Virus record (IMG/VR): IMGVR_UViG_3300022213_000237
Location: 32,001 to 96,000 of that record
Strand: one strand, 5' to 3'
Length of the DNA stretch: 64,000 bases
Origin: a virus
Below the pieces are notes generated by a model. It saw only the letters and a program-made list of their open reading frames with translations. It was not told the origin of the DNA and did no database searches. This document shows, in pieces, positions 9,812-18,772 of this stretch. The position numbers and the translations under genes were made by a program. Position 1 is the stretch's first letter, and every line of letters starts with the position of its first letter.

Positions 9812-10069
9812 CTAACACTCTCGATCAAGGATTTTTGATTCAGCCAATCGATTCGCGGCTTCACCCTCGGACTCTCCGACACGGGCTCTAACTTCTCGGG
9901 AGTCTGCACACACGATAGCAAGCATCAGGTAGGAGTTTGAGCCATTGGATCGCCGTACTTGGCGTTGGAGTTTTTCCTCAGCTTGTTCCGCAGCCTCAAG
10001 AGAGCGATGACGAGAGATGACTCGGATGCAGGGGAGAGAAGTCTTATTGAGCAGGTAGTAAGTATTCAT
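9812..10069 (-). CDS. Early hypothetical protein (leaderless)
   Basis: ATG 7 nt after the TATAAA of a TTGACT promoter. Confidence 0.6.
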   Translation of the reverse strand: MNTYYLLNKTSLPCIRVISRHRSLEAAEQAEEKLQRQVRRSNGSNSYLMLAIVCADSREVRARVGESEGEAANRLAESKILDREC

Positions 10070-10105
10070 AGTGGTCTTTATACAGGATCTTTTATCGGGA
10101 GTCAA
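10067..10105 (-). promoter_or_regulatory. Sigma70-like early promoter, leaderless
   Basis: TTGACT-CCCGATAAAAGATCCTG-TATAAA-GACCACT-ATG. Confidence 0.75.
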
Positions 10106-10137
10106 GAGTGTCTTGTGTGTGGTTTTTGAATACATGT

Positions 10138-10193
10138 ACGTTACCAAAAGGTAACGTTTTGGAGGATTGGATGTTACCAAAAGGTAACGTTTT
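10138..10193. repeat. Two direct copies of a palindrome (GTTACC-AAAA-GGTAAC)
   Basis: GTTACCAAAAGGTAACGTTTT at 10140-10160 and 10173-10193 (33-bp period), intergenic. Confidence 0.9.
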
Positions 10194-10296
10194 ATCCGTA
10201 CAAAGGGAATCTCTTTGATTAGAAGATCTATTTGTGTCCGGAACGCGGTCGAGGTCGACCTAGCCCCTCAATTCGCGTCTCGGGCATGCGTATGTC

Positions 10297-10512
10297 CTAC
10301 GCAGCCCGCAGGTTAGCTACATCCCATCCACCGTACCAAGCTTCCATGAGCTTAAGCGCTTGGCTTCTTTCCAGACCGTCGGCCTCAAGTCCTTGAACGA
10401 AGGCAACAAACTCGACATCCAGGGCAATGATACGCCTTGCACCGGCCACGAAGGCGTCATGTCCGAATTGAGCTGCTTTTGCTGCGCGAGCATTTCGTTC
10501 GTTGTTGTTCAT
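10297..10512 (-). CDS. Early hypothetical protein (leaderless)
   Basis: MNNNERN...; promoter immediately upstream. Confidence 0.6.
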   Translation of the reverse strand: MNNNERNARAAKAAQFGHDAFVAGARRIIALDVEFVAFVQGLEADGLERSQALKLMEAWYGGWDVANLRAA

Positions 10513-10548
10513 GAGTGTCTTTATATAGAATCCTTTATTCGTTGTCAA
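10510..10548 (-). promoter_or_regulatory. Sigma70-like early promoter cassette
   Basis: TTGACA-ACGAATAAAGGATTCTA-TATAAA-GACACTC-ATG; near-identical to 11832-11870. Confidence 0.8.
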
Positions 10549-10558
10549 CATCCTTTTC

Positions 10559-10723
10559 TTACAAATCTTCGTTCTCATGAACATATTGAGTAAAATCTTC
10601 TGTCGAGCGTCTGGTTTCACCTGCTAACGATTGCGCAAGGCCACGACGTACCGATGAAAGCATATCCGGATATCGCCACCATAACAATAATTCATATAGC
10701 CATATTTTAAGCCGTAGTTTCAT
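10559..10723 (-). CDS. Small protein (54 aa) not in the ORF track
   Basis: MKLRLKIWLYELLLWWRYPDMLSSVRRGLAQSLAGETRRSTEDFTQYVHENEDL*; fills the gap. Confidence 0.5.
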   Translation of the reverse strand: MKLRLKIWLYELLLWWRYPDMLSSVRRGLAQSLAGETRRSTEDFTQYVHENEDL

Positions 10724-10728
10724 TTATT

Positions 10729-11103
10729 TCACCTCCAGACGTGCACTTCCGCATCAGGATAGTTCTTACACGCTTGCAGATACCGTTTAACGAATTCTAC
10801 AAGATTTTCGTAAGTTCCCCAGCCATTTGCCGCATTTAGCTTTTTAAAACGCTCCGGATCCTCTTGAAGCTTTTGAAGCCCCGCAGTCAAAGGCACAATC
10901 AACCGCCTTGCGAACTTCGAATCGTGCTCATTGGGTTGCCACAATATCTCGTAAATACCAGCCTCTTTGGCCATGGGGGCTAGGTTGTGTGTGATGTTGG
11001 CCGAATAGTGTTCGGGACGAGTTTTGGCGGTATGCTTGTGTCCACAGTCGCATACACACTCGACCTCAACTTCCGGTCCTTCAAGGTAGATATCAAGGCT
11101 CAT
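10729..11103 (-). CDS. Conserved phage hypothetical protein
   Basis: MSLDIYL...ANITHNL...NGWGTYE motifs familiar from phage early proteins. Confidence 0.7.
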   Translation of the reverse strand: MSLDIYLEGPEVEVECVCDCGHKHTAKTRPEHYSANITHNLAPMAKEAGIYEILWQPNEHDSKFARRLIVPLTAGLQKLQEDPERFKKLNAANGWGTYENLVEFVKRYLQACKNYPDAEVHVWR

Positions 11104-11612
11104 AAATTATATCTCAATTCCAAGGGCTGCACAACTCTCTTTCATTTCCCGCAGAGACCACTCGTCAATGAGCCTGCTCACCTCAGATTGCAAACCCAAG
11201 GTGTCCGCAAGTTCCCATAAGGCCTTGTTCCTTTCGCGATGAAGGCGGAGATCTCCTCCTCTTAAAGTCTCTTCCGTGAGACTCCGTAGTTGTAGAGCAA
11301 TACCCAATGCTGACTGACGCTTTACCAATAGGGCCTGCCTTTCGAATTCGGAGTAGTCGGTATCGGCTTGACCTCTTCATGCCCGCATTTTTTTAGAAGT
11401 CTTCTTGGGCGGCTTTTCTTTGTCGGCAACACCTAGGTTAACCCTCGACGCAAGATCTTCGTACTTGTTCTTCCAGTAGTGGACGTCGCACAGGTCACCC
11501 TGGTCAATGTACTCCTTGTGGAGATTGAAGGCGAACGAACCGCAACAGGTAGCAAAGAGGTTCCCATTGGCGTCAATATCTGTTTTTCTTTGTTTGCAGG
11601 TTTTCATGGGAA

Positions 11613-11834
11613 TTATCCAATGGCGACAATGTGAACAGACCAGACACCTGTAATGCAGCCCAGCATAAAACACCAGTCTTCGGCGGCCTCGCGGGTGGAG
11701 AACATCTTAATTCCGGCGCTTGAAAGAGTATCGACGTTCTTGCGTCGGCCCACGTACTTGCCGTCTGCCAGGAGGATGACGTATCGAGCGTAGTTCCCGT
11801 TCTCTTCGTTTGTATGGAGTTCAGTTCGTTTCAT
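11613..11834 (-). CDS. Early hypothetical protein (leaderless)
   Basis: MKRTELHTNEEN; N-terminus shared with 11875..12141. Confidence 0.6.
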   Translation of the reverse strand: MKRTELHTNEENGNYARYVILLADGKYVGRRKNVDTLSSAGIKMFSTREAAEDWCFMLGCITGVWSVHIVAIG

Positions 11835-11870
11835 GGGTACCTTTATACAGAATCCTTTATTCGTTGTCAA
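11832..11870 (-). promoter_or_regulatory. Sigma70-like early promoter cassette
   Basis: TTGACA-ACGAATAAAGGATTCTG-TATAAA-GGTACCC-ATG. Confidence 0.8.
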
Positions 11871-11874
11871 GGGC

Positions 11875-12141
11875 CTACTTAGTTACGGTTGCGATAAAAG
11901 CTCTAGGGTCTTTAACTTCCCCCGTGTTTCCCCACCTGTTCTTGATGACCTCTGTTCGGCCAGACCGCAGGTGGACACAAACTACAAGATTTGCCATCTG
12001 GACAGTCTCATATTCTGAGAGCCAGTAGAACGGAGTGTCAGAGCGGTCTTGCTTCCATGTGCAGTTCTTCTCGATCACGGTCCCGTCATGCATCACGGCG
12101 AGCACCCTGTAGTCGTTCTCTTCGTTTGTGTGTCGTTTCAT
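11875..12141 (-). CDS. Early hypothetical protein
   Basis: MKRHTNEEN; preceded by a truncated cassette TTGACAACGAATAAA that lacks the -10. Confidence 0.6.
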   Translation of the reverse strand: MKRHTNEENDYRVLAVMHDGTVIEKNCTWKQDRSDTPFYWLSEYETVQMANLVVCVHLRSGRTEVIKNRWGNTGEVKDPRAFIATVTK

Positions 12142-12176
12142 GGTTGCTTTTTATTCGTTGTCAAGCATGTTCCCTT

Positions 12177-12632
12177 TTAATCGTCGTGTGCGAAATCGTT
12201 AGCCGCTCTTTCTCCGGCGGAGTCGTCGAGTTCACCTTGTAGGCGTTTGATTTCGTTCTGTAGCGCTTCAATAAAAGCTCTAAGGGCTTGGACCTCGGAC
12301 TCCAGGTCCGTGAAGCGATTTTCTAAGACGGTAACGGGTGACGCCACCGGTTCCTGCCTTCTTTGTAAGTATTGGTCAATATTGAATTTGTAAGTATTGT
12401 ACGCGGTCTGTGTGACAAAACGGGGATTCATGGTACCGTTGTAGACGTGACCGATTTGGGTCACGCCAATACCACGGAAGGTACGGGTGTAGCCGTCGAT
12501 TTCTTTCAAGGTGTAAGAAACTGAATTGTTGGATGTAGTGTCTACGCTACTCACTTTAAACCAGCCGGAAGCGTTAGTCATGTCGCCCGTGTAGTAGATC
12601 TTGTCGTTGATTGCGATTTTGTTGTCGTTCAT
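12177..12632 (-). CDS. Early hypothetical protein with C-terminal coiled coil
   Basis: Start MNDNK after TTGCCA-N18-TATAAA-GGTACCC. Confidence 0.65.
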   Translation of the reverse strand: MNDNKIAINDKIYYTGDMTNASGWFKVSSVDTTSNNSVSYTLKEIDGYTRTFRGIGVTQIGHVYNGTMNPRFVTQTAYNTYKFNIDQYLQRRQEPVASPVTVLENRFTDLESEVQALRAFIEALQNEIKRLQGELDDSAGERAANDFAHDD

Positions 12633-12674
12633 GGGTACCTTTATACGGTATCGCGTAGATCTTTGGCAAGCCCC

Positions 12675-12680
12675 AATCTT
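12675..12680 (+). promoter_or_regulatory. Putative late promoter box AATCTT
   Basis: AATCTT-N6-ATG, same spacing at 15762 and 47015. Confidence 0.65.
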
Positions 12681-12686
12681 TACGGC

Positions 12687-14312
12687 ATGAATTCTGATCA
12701 AAGAAGCGCCCTAAATGAGGCCTTTAATCGCCTACTTGTTGAATCGGGTCTTCCAAATATACCGGAATTTGATCTCGCCGCCTCTATTGAGAGCGTAGAC
12801 GACATTCAAGCGCTTCAAGCCGCTGTCGTGCCCCTGCAATCTGCTACCGACACTCTAGCTGCGGGTCCGGTCACCGGCCTGGAAATTTCAGGATTTACGG
12901 GCGATGCGACTCAGAAGGTATTCGGGGCCACGGCACTCGATACGGGTTTGGCCACGGGTGTAAATGCCGGCACTGCGGGTGCCGCTACCACGGCCACCGC
13001 GCTTAAAAAGCCTGGCGCTGCCGCTAACTGGACGGCTTCTGACCTTAAAGGCCGTTGGCTTCTGATTACTGGCGGTGGCGGTTACGTCGCGGGCGAACTC
13101 ACGTTAAGACCCATTGTCGCCAATACCACGGACACCATCACCCTGGCTTCTGTACCTGGAATGGATAACACCACCACATTCCAGATAGTTACGCTCGCGT
13201 CTTCACTCCAAGTGATTGGGGGCGATGATGTGGCGTTGAGAATTCTTAATAATCAGGCCCCGATAGAGATAGTGGGTGTCAACTTCGCAGACGATTCCGG
13301 CGACTACTTCGTGGAACTGCTCGACAACGCGAAGGTAACCTTCATAGGCTGCCATTTCGATGGCATTCCCACGCTAGATGGTTTTTCTGCTGCACGTAAT
13401 GCCACCGTAGCTCTTCGTCATTGTCAATTCTCTGGTGGTGCGGGCGCCACCGTTTCAAAAGGTTCTTATCTCGAGCTTACTGACGTTCTGTGTCTAGCTG
13501 GAGGTCAAATCGAAGCCAACGCCGTTGCTGCCGTGGATGTACGCACACTCGTAGCCGCTGACGCCACAGGCAACGCTCTTCGTCTAATTGGTGTAGGTGT
13601 GGCCACCGCCGAGGTTTCGGCCTCTGATGGTGGCGCCACAGCCGTTTACCTCGAATCCGTGGCTCAATTCACGGCAGTAGGTACTCTGCTAGTGGGCACG
13701 GGTAACACCGGCTACGGAATCGAAATGGCTGGTGGTTCGGGTGATGCCGAAATCACCGGCTGTACGATTACGGGAACCACCGGAGACATCAACTTCTTTG
13801 GTAACAACTTATCTTACGCCACACTCACTAACCCCGCATACGGCGTAGTGAAGGGCTATGGCTCTAGAGCCACGGCTTCGGTGGCGCCCACTAAGGCTCT
13901 CACTTACGGTAACTACACATTCGTAGGCTCTATCGACATTTCTGGTCGATTACTGCTCTACGGGTACATGAACATTTCCGCGAATCTCGTCGTGCCCACC
14001 CTCACTGGCACCCAGGTGCTTGACATGGAAGCGGGTACCATTGACGATGTGTGGGCTAACTTCGGTCAAATTCGCGGCATGCTCGAAGTGGAGTGTAACT
14101 CCGCTACGGCAGTCATTCGATTGCCTTCTGGGGCTGCGATCGCGGGCGTGATTGTAGTCGTCGCCAATACCGGCTCTCAGACCGCGCTCATCGAACCTCC
14201 AACAGGTGGTGTTCTAAATGGCGGCGCAAATGCCACCGTGGCTGCGGGTACGGCGAAAAAATTCATTTCGTTGAACGGTAACGGCGGCAAGAACTACTAC
14301 ACGATTTCGTAA
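12687..14312 (+). CDS. Tail fibre/spike-like protein with parallel beta-helix region
   Basis: Start revised to MNSDQ; G/A/T-rich beta-helix-type repeats; shares modules with 15774 and 17382. Confidence 0.65.
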   Translation: MNSDQRSALNEAFNRLLVESGLPNIPEFDLAASIESVDDIQALQAAVVPLQSATDTLAAGPVTGLEISGFTGDATQKVFGATALDTGLATGVNAGTAGAATTATALKKPGAAANWTASDLKGRWLLITGGGGYVAGELTLRPIVANTTDTITLASVPGMDNTTTFQIVTLASSLQVIGGDDVALRILNNQAPIEIVGVNFADDSGDYFVELLDNAKVTFIGCHFDGIPTLDGFSAARNATVALRHCQFSGGAGATVSKGSYLELTDVLCLAGGQIEANAVAAVDVRTLVAADATGNALRLIGVGVATAEVSASDGGATAVYLESVAQFTAVGTLLVGTGNTGYGIEMAGGSGDAEITGCTITGTTGDINFFGNNLSYATLTNPAYGVVKGYGSRATASVAPTKALTYGNYTFVGSIDISGRLLLYGYMNISANLVVPTLTGTQVLDMEAGTIDDVWANFGQIRGMLEVECNSATAVIRLPSGAAIAGVIVVVANTGSQTALIEPPTGGVLNGGANATVAAGTAKKFISLNGNGGKNYYTIS

Positions 14313-14328
14313 GGAGTTCCCAGTGGTT

Positions 14329-15363
14329 ATGAAACGCGGATGCGCCCACGTAAAGGGTCTTTACACCGTACCTGGCGGCAGTGGCACCCAGCTGGCCGAT
14401 GGTGCGGCTAAAATCAAACAGCTTGGTCTCAAGGTTTTGAAGATTTACTTGACCTCCGACTACCTCACCGACTACCCGCTCCAAAGCTCTTGGTCTGCGG
14501 TTCCCACGACTCTTACGGAATTGGTACAAACCACTCAGTATCAAGACATTCTCGCCGATTCTTGGTGGGAGACGATTATCTTCACGGGATTCACCTTCGC
14601 CAACGGTTCTACTAATTGGTGGCGCGTCAACCCCTCGAATGCAAAATTTCAGGCCGAATACGATGAGCTGTACGACCTCGGAGTGTACCTGCTTGGTTCG
14701 CCACATCCGGCGAGGAGATACGTGATTCAGAACTGGGAAGGCGACTGGGCACTGATGGATGTTGCTGGTGTGCCTGCAACCGTTGTTGATTACACCATGA
14801 TCCCACGTTATGCCGCGTTTCTGGCGCACAGACAACTTGCTGTCGCCGATGCCCGCAAAGACACTGCCTCAGCCAGCAGCCTTGCCATGGCTGTGGAATT
14901 GAATCGTGTCGTAGATGCTTTTCAATTCCCGGCGCGCCGCCGCATCATCAAAGACATTGCGAAACGTCTTCAGCCGGACATCATTTCCTATTCTGCTTAT
15001 GACAGCACAATCGTGGACCAAGGTGGTTGGGGCGCTTCCACCGCCGCGTGGATAGCCGCGACCACACCCGTCTTCACGAAGGCCATCAGACAGATTAAAG
15101 CCGCATTTCCGGGTGTACCCATTCAAATAGGTGAGTATGGATTTCCGGAGAATGAGGCACCGGTAGGCCACGACCTCTACGCCATGAACCAGCTTGTAAA
15201 CGACATCTGTGAAGCCGAAGGAATCAAGACGCTGGTCTACTGGGAAGTGTTTGATAACGAGCAAGGACAAGGTGGACCCGGTACTTACCGTGGTTACTGG
15301 TTCTTTGAGCCCGACGGGACGAAGACCATTGCGGGCCAGTTCTTCGAAGACATGGGACCTTAG
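14329..15363 (+). CDS. Glycoside hydrolase, clan GH-A-like TIM barrel
   Basis: QNWEGDW (acid/base Glu), IGEYGF (nucleophile Glu), YWEVFDNE; AGGAG RBS; follows the spike gene. Confidence 0.6.
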   Translation: MKRGCAHVKGLYTVPGGSGTQLADGAAKIKQLGLKVLKIYLTSDYLTDYPLQSSWSAVPTTLTELVQTTQYQDILADSWWETIIFTGFTFANGSTNWWRVNPSNAKFQAEYDELYDLGVYLLGSPHPARRYVIQNWEGDWALMDVAGVPATVVDYTMIPRYAAFLAHRQLAVADARKDTASASSLAMAVELNRVVDAFQFPARRRIIKDIAKRLQPDIISYSAYDSTIVDQGGWGASTAAWIAATTPVFTKAIRQIKAAFPGVPIQIGEYGFPENEAPVGHDLYAMNQLVNDICEAEGIKTLVYWEVFDNEQGQGGPGTYRGYWFFEPDGTKTIAGQFFEDMGP

Positions 15364-15728
15364 TCTTCCGGGACTTCGAGGTTTTCTTTACGCGCGAACT
15401 CTTTGAGGTTGTATTCCATGGCCTCGACACTAAAGGCTGTGTCGTGACACTCCTGCAACCTTCTTAGGAAGGCTTCTTCTCCATCGGTGGGAATCAAGTC
15501 CGGGTAGACGTTATCGACTAGCTCGATTACGCCCTTACCCTCGATGTTGGGCGAGTACCGTTCATCAGGAATCAGAAAGCCGATGGCACACTTTCTGCCG
15601 CCATCACCGCGATAGGCGCACGTAATATTTTGTGGCACCAAAGGGTCTAGGCCCCTGACTTCGGACCCCTTAAACCCCTGAGACTTCAGACCCCTGTAAG
15701 CGATGTTAAAAATTTCTTGTCGCGTCAT
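15360..15728 (-). CDS. Conserved phage hypothetical protein
   Basis: QEIFN...CAYRG...KCAIG...LQECHD; GATC-class promoter. Confidence 0.7.
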   Translation of the reverse strand: MTRQEIFNIAYRGLKSQGFKGSEVRGLDPLVPQNITCAYRGDGGRKCAIGFLIPDERYSPNIEGKGVIELVDNVYPDLIPTDGEEAFLRRLQECHDTAFSVEAMEYNLKEFARKENLEVPED

Positions 15729-15773
15729 AAAGTCACTATACCATGAGATCTACGCGACCACAATCTTGACGTC

Positions 15774-17306
15774 ATGGCGATGACAAATGATCAGAAGAAG
15801 GCGTTTAATGACGCGTTTAAGCGGTTGCTCCTAGATGCAGAGCTACCTAACCCCCCGGATTTAGACGTAGCTTCGATTCTCAATAGCGCCGTGTATGCTA
15901 CCACGGGCGACTTCGTTCTGTATGTTGACCCCCTTGGTAATGACGCGAACGCAGGCACCTTACCGGGTGTTGGCGCGTGTCTTACTGTTAGAGGCGCACT
16001 TGCCAAGGTCCCGAAGGTTATCCGCCACGCGGTCACAATCAATGTTGCTGCGGGTACTTACGAGGGCTTTAACGTCCAGGGATTCACCATTGAGTTGCCT
16101 GAGGATGGCTCTCGCGCCGTCTACTTAGATATCGTTGGTACGTTAAGTGCTGCAACGGTAGCAACTGGCACCAATTCAGGGACGTCCACTGCAGGTTCTG
16201 CAGGTAGCGGAAGCACGTACGGGACATTGACCGATTCTGGCCAAGCTTGGACCGTGAACGATCTCGTAGGAAAGTACGTTGAAGTAACGGTATCAGGCAT
16301 TACACGCGCATACGCGATTGACTCTAACACGGCAACTGCGATTACTATCGTAGGAACGTGGTCTTCTCCTGGTGCTGGCACAGCATACACGATCAAACAA
16401 CACGCATCCATAGTCAACACCATGGTCCCTGTTGTCGAGTTCCCCACAGCTAAATTCGAAGCCAGTCCCGGTGCCGGAAACTTTGTCGCTCACGGCATTG
16501 TCTCGGTGCAGAATAACATGACAGCGCCTAACACGAGTACATTAACCGCTGCATCTAGAATCACGCTGCGTAACCTGCACCTAGACGGTACTACACTACC
16601 TTCCCCCTCAGGGTTTACCGCACTTAGTACTTTGTATGTTGCGGATAATAACCTCGTCTCGTTGTACAATTGTACGATCAGTTCTACTACAGGTGCGACT
16701 CCGAACATCAACACTTCTGGCTCGTTGGCCGTGACCCGATGTTATCTAACGTGTCTGGCGTCTAAACGCGGGATCCATGCCACAGGAGTAGACGGCATAG
16801 CCCCTTCAATAACCGTGACCGGTTCTAGGTTTTCTGGCGGCGCAATTGGCTTTTTGATCTCGGCCCCAACGAAACTCTGCAACGTGACGTCCTCAAGTTT
16901 TACTGGCCAAACGACAGCCGGGATTCAGCAAGCCGCAATGTCACAGATGAGTGTCGTTTCTGGTCTGGTCATGACCGGCGGCGGTGGGTCGACCGTTGGG
17001 ATTTTGATCAACGGTACAGGCGGCGGTGTGTTCGGGAGTTCCATTAGTGCGGGGAGCGTTAGCGGTTTCGGTACGGGTATAAAGGTCGATAATCCTAACG
17101 TGGCGCACCTAGGCACGTGGACGGGTACCGGAAATACTACCGGTATTTCTTTGTCATTAGGCGCGGCGGTTCGCATAGGGTCAGGCACTACTTTGACCGG
17201 AACCACCGAAGTATCAATAGATGGGGTGACATCCGATTTGGCAACGATGCGTGCGGCCTCGCCGAAGTTGATTGTCAACACCTACACCACAAGATTTTAC
17301 GAATAA
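15774..17306 (+). CDS. Tail spike/fibre protein with pectate-lyase-like beta-helix
   Basis: LYVDPLGND...TVRGAL...INVAAGTYE beta-helix cap motif; AATCTT-N6-ATG. Confidence 0.7.
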   Translation: MAMTNDQKKAFNDAFKRLLLDAELPNPPDLDVASILNSAVYATTGDFVLYVDPLGNDANAGTLPGVGACLTVRGALAKVPKVIRHAVTINVAAGTYEGFNVQGFTIELPEDGSRAVYLDIVGTLSAATVATGTNSGTSTAGSAGSGSTYGTLTDSGQAWTVNDLVGKYVEVTVSGITRAYAIDSNTATAITIVGTWSSPGAGTAYTIKQHASIVNTMVPVVEFPTAKFEASPGAGNFVAHGIVSVQNNMTAPNTSTLTAASRITLRNLHLDGTTLPSPSGFTALSTLYVADNNLVSLYNCTISSTTGATPNINTSGSLAVTRCYLTCLASKRGIHATGVDGIAPSITVTGSRFSGGAIGFLISAPTKLCNVTSSSFTGQTTAGIQQAAMSQMSVVSGLVMTGGGGSTVGILINGTGGGVFGSSISAGSVSGFGTGIKVDNPNVAHLGTWTGTGNTTGISLSLGAAVRIGSGTTLTGTTEVSIDGVTSDLATMRAASPKLIVNTYTTRFYE

Positions 17307-17381
17307 TTAGGTGCTGTTTTCCACGGACACCCAAAGAAGTAATCTTGGATACTGAATACCTTTCAAAAGGAGTTTACTTAA

Positions 17382-17816
17382 ATGGCAGCAGAAATGAATC
17401 CTGAACTTAAGCACGCCCTCAATGAGGCATGGCAACGGCTACAACGCGAAGTCGGAATCACCGTTGATTTTCCTTTTGATTTTGCAGACGCTCTGTGTCC
17501 TACGGTTCTCGTCTTGACCGCTGATGGAGCCCCTCTTGAAGGTACTGTCACCGACGCGGGTACGACTTTGGTCAAAATGGATACCACGGACGATGACGTG
17601 ACCGTGAACCTGCCTCCCGCCGCAGACATGAAAGGTCGAGCCATTACCATCATGAGAATTGCCGCCGGCAACGTTGCTACCATTGTGCCCGATGGCGCAG
17701 AAGAGATCAACGGCGAAGTCACCCACGCTCTTGTCGAAGACGCTGAAAGTGTGACCCTAATGTCCGATGGCAGCAATTGGTTCATTGTTGGCTCATTCGC
17801 TGGTAATGCTCCTTAA
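17382..17816 (+). CDS. Small virion protein (shared N-terminal peptide plus fibre C-terminal domain)
   Basis: VTVNLPPAA...INGE...SDGSNWFIV domain; AATCTT at 17341 and AGGAG RBS. Confidence 0.65.
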   Translation: MAAEMNPELKHALNEAWQRLQREVGITVDFPFDFADALCPTVLVLTADGAPLEGTVTDAGTTLVKMDTTDDDVTVNLPPAADMKGRAITIMRIAAGNVATIVPDGAEEINGEVTHALVEDAESVTLMSDGSNWFIVGSFAGNAP

Positions 17817-18463
17817 TGGCTACTGATTTACAAATGCCGTATGTGGCGCAAGCTCTTACCGCCGACGGAGGTTCGGATGGTCGACTTACCGTCGCCTCCA
17901 CCGCGAATCTACGTAAAGGCGCTAGAGTGTTGTTGCGTGATAATACTAACGATGCCGTGGAGTTAGAAATCACGAAAATCGTGGACGCCACACACGTGGA
18001 AGTAAAAGATCCTTCGAAGATCGGCTCTTTCCTGTACGATTGTTCAGCATACGTCATCACCGGCATGTCTCCGCCCGTAAACGACACCTTCACGACCGCA
18101 GGTACGGGTGGAACCCTGCCTGACGGCGATTATTACTACCGAGTTACGGCTGTTAATTACTTAGGTAATGAGACTCTGCCCTCGGTGGAGACCAACTTAG
18201 TTATTTCCGCAGGTACGGCAACGCAAATAGTTACGGTGAAATGGGCTGCTGTGGCCGGCGCCGTGAAGTACAAGATTTACGGCAGAACCACTGGCGCAGA
18301 GCTATACATGGCTACAGTTTCGGCTGGTACGCTTGAGTGGGTTGATGATGGTAGCGTCACACCCGCAGGCGCATTACCTGTGTCCAATGGGACCGTAAAC
18401 AGCGCCATCCTCACCCAGAACAAGCAAACGGACATGTACGCTCGTACGTGGACTTGGTTCTAA
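17816..18463 (+). CDS. Virion protein with inserted FN3-like domain; paralog of 54476..54781
   Basis: YYYRVTAVN...ETLPS...VKWAAVAGAVKYKIYGR; N- and C-termini align with 54476..54781. Confidence 0.65.
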   Translation: MATDLQMPYVAQALTADGGSDGRLTVASTANLRKGARVLLRDNTNDAVELEITKIVDATHVEVKDPSKIGSFLYDCSAYVITGMSPPVNDTFTTAGTGGTLPDGDYYYRVTAVNYLGNETLPSVETNLVISAGTATQIVTVKWAAVAGAVKYKIYGRTTGAELYMATVSAGTLEWVDDGSVTPAGALPVSNGTVNSAILTQNKQTDMYARTWTWF

Positions 18464-18487
18464 GGCTTTAGTACGCTCTAAAACGCC

Positions 18488-18772
18488 ATGGATCTCGACG
18501 TCTTCATTAAAAGCTTGCAAAACACGACCGAGAACATCAGCGCTTTGCTGGAAAAATGGGACCAGCTAAATCCAGACCTCACCGCCCACTACGTGGACGA
18601 GCTTGTGATGCTTATTGCTCGGATTCCCACAGCACTCATGATAGCCACTTCAAAGAATGTCGCCCTCACCTACGAGGTTGTTCGTTTTGAGAAAGAACTT
18701 CAGCTCAACAAATTCGCGCTTCAAAAGCTTGGTGTGGACGTCGATGCGATTTTGAATTTCAGCACCGAGTAA
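18488..18772 (+). CDS. Helical hypothetical protein
   Basis: 94 aa ORF. Confidence 0.5.
   Translation: MDLDVFIKSLQNTTENISALLEKWDQLNPDLTAHYVDELVMLIARIPTALMIATSKNVALTYEVVRFEKELQLNKFALQKLGVDVDAILNFSTE

Noticed and set aside
10140-10193. Mini CRISPR array
   Set aside because: Only two 21-bp copies with a 12-nt spacer and no cas genes; better explained as paired binding sites. It also does not match canonical parS (TGTTTCACGTGAAACA).
11107-11400. TGA readthrough joining 11377..11673 to 11107..11328
   Set aside because: The frames are continuous across the TGA, but an adjacent A7 run allows several equally plausible indel explanations; unresolved.
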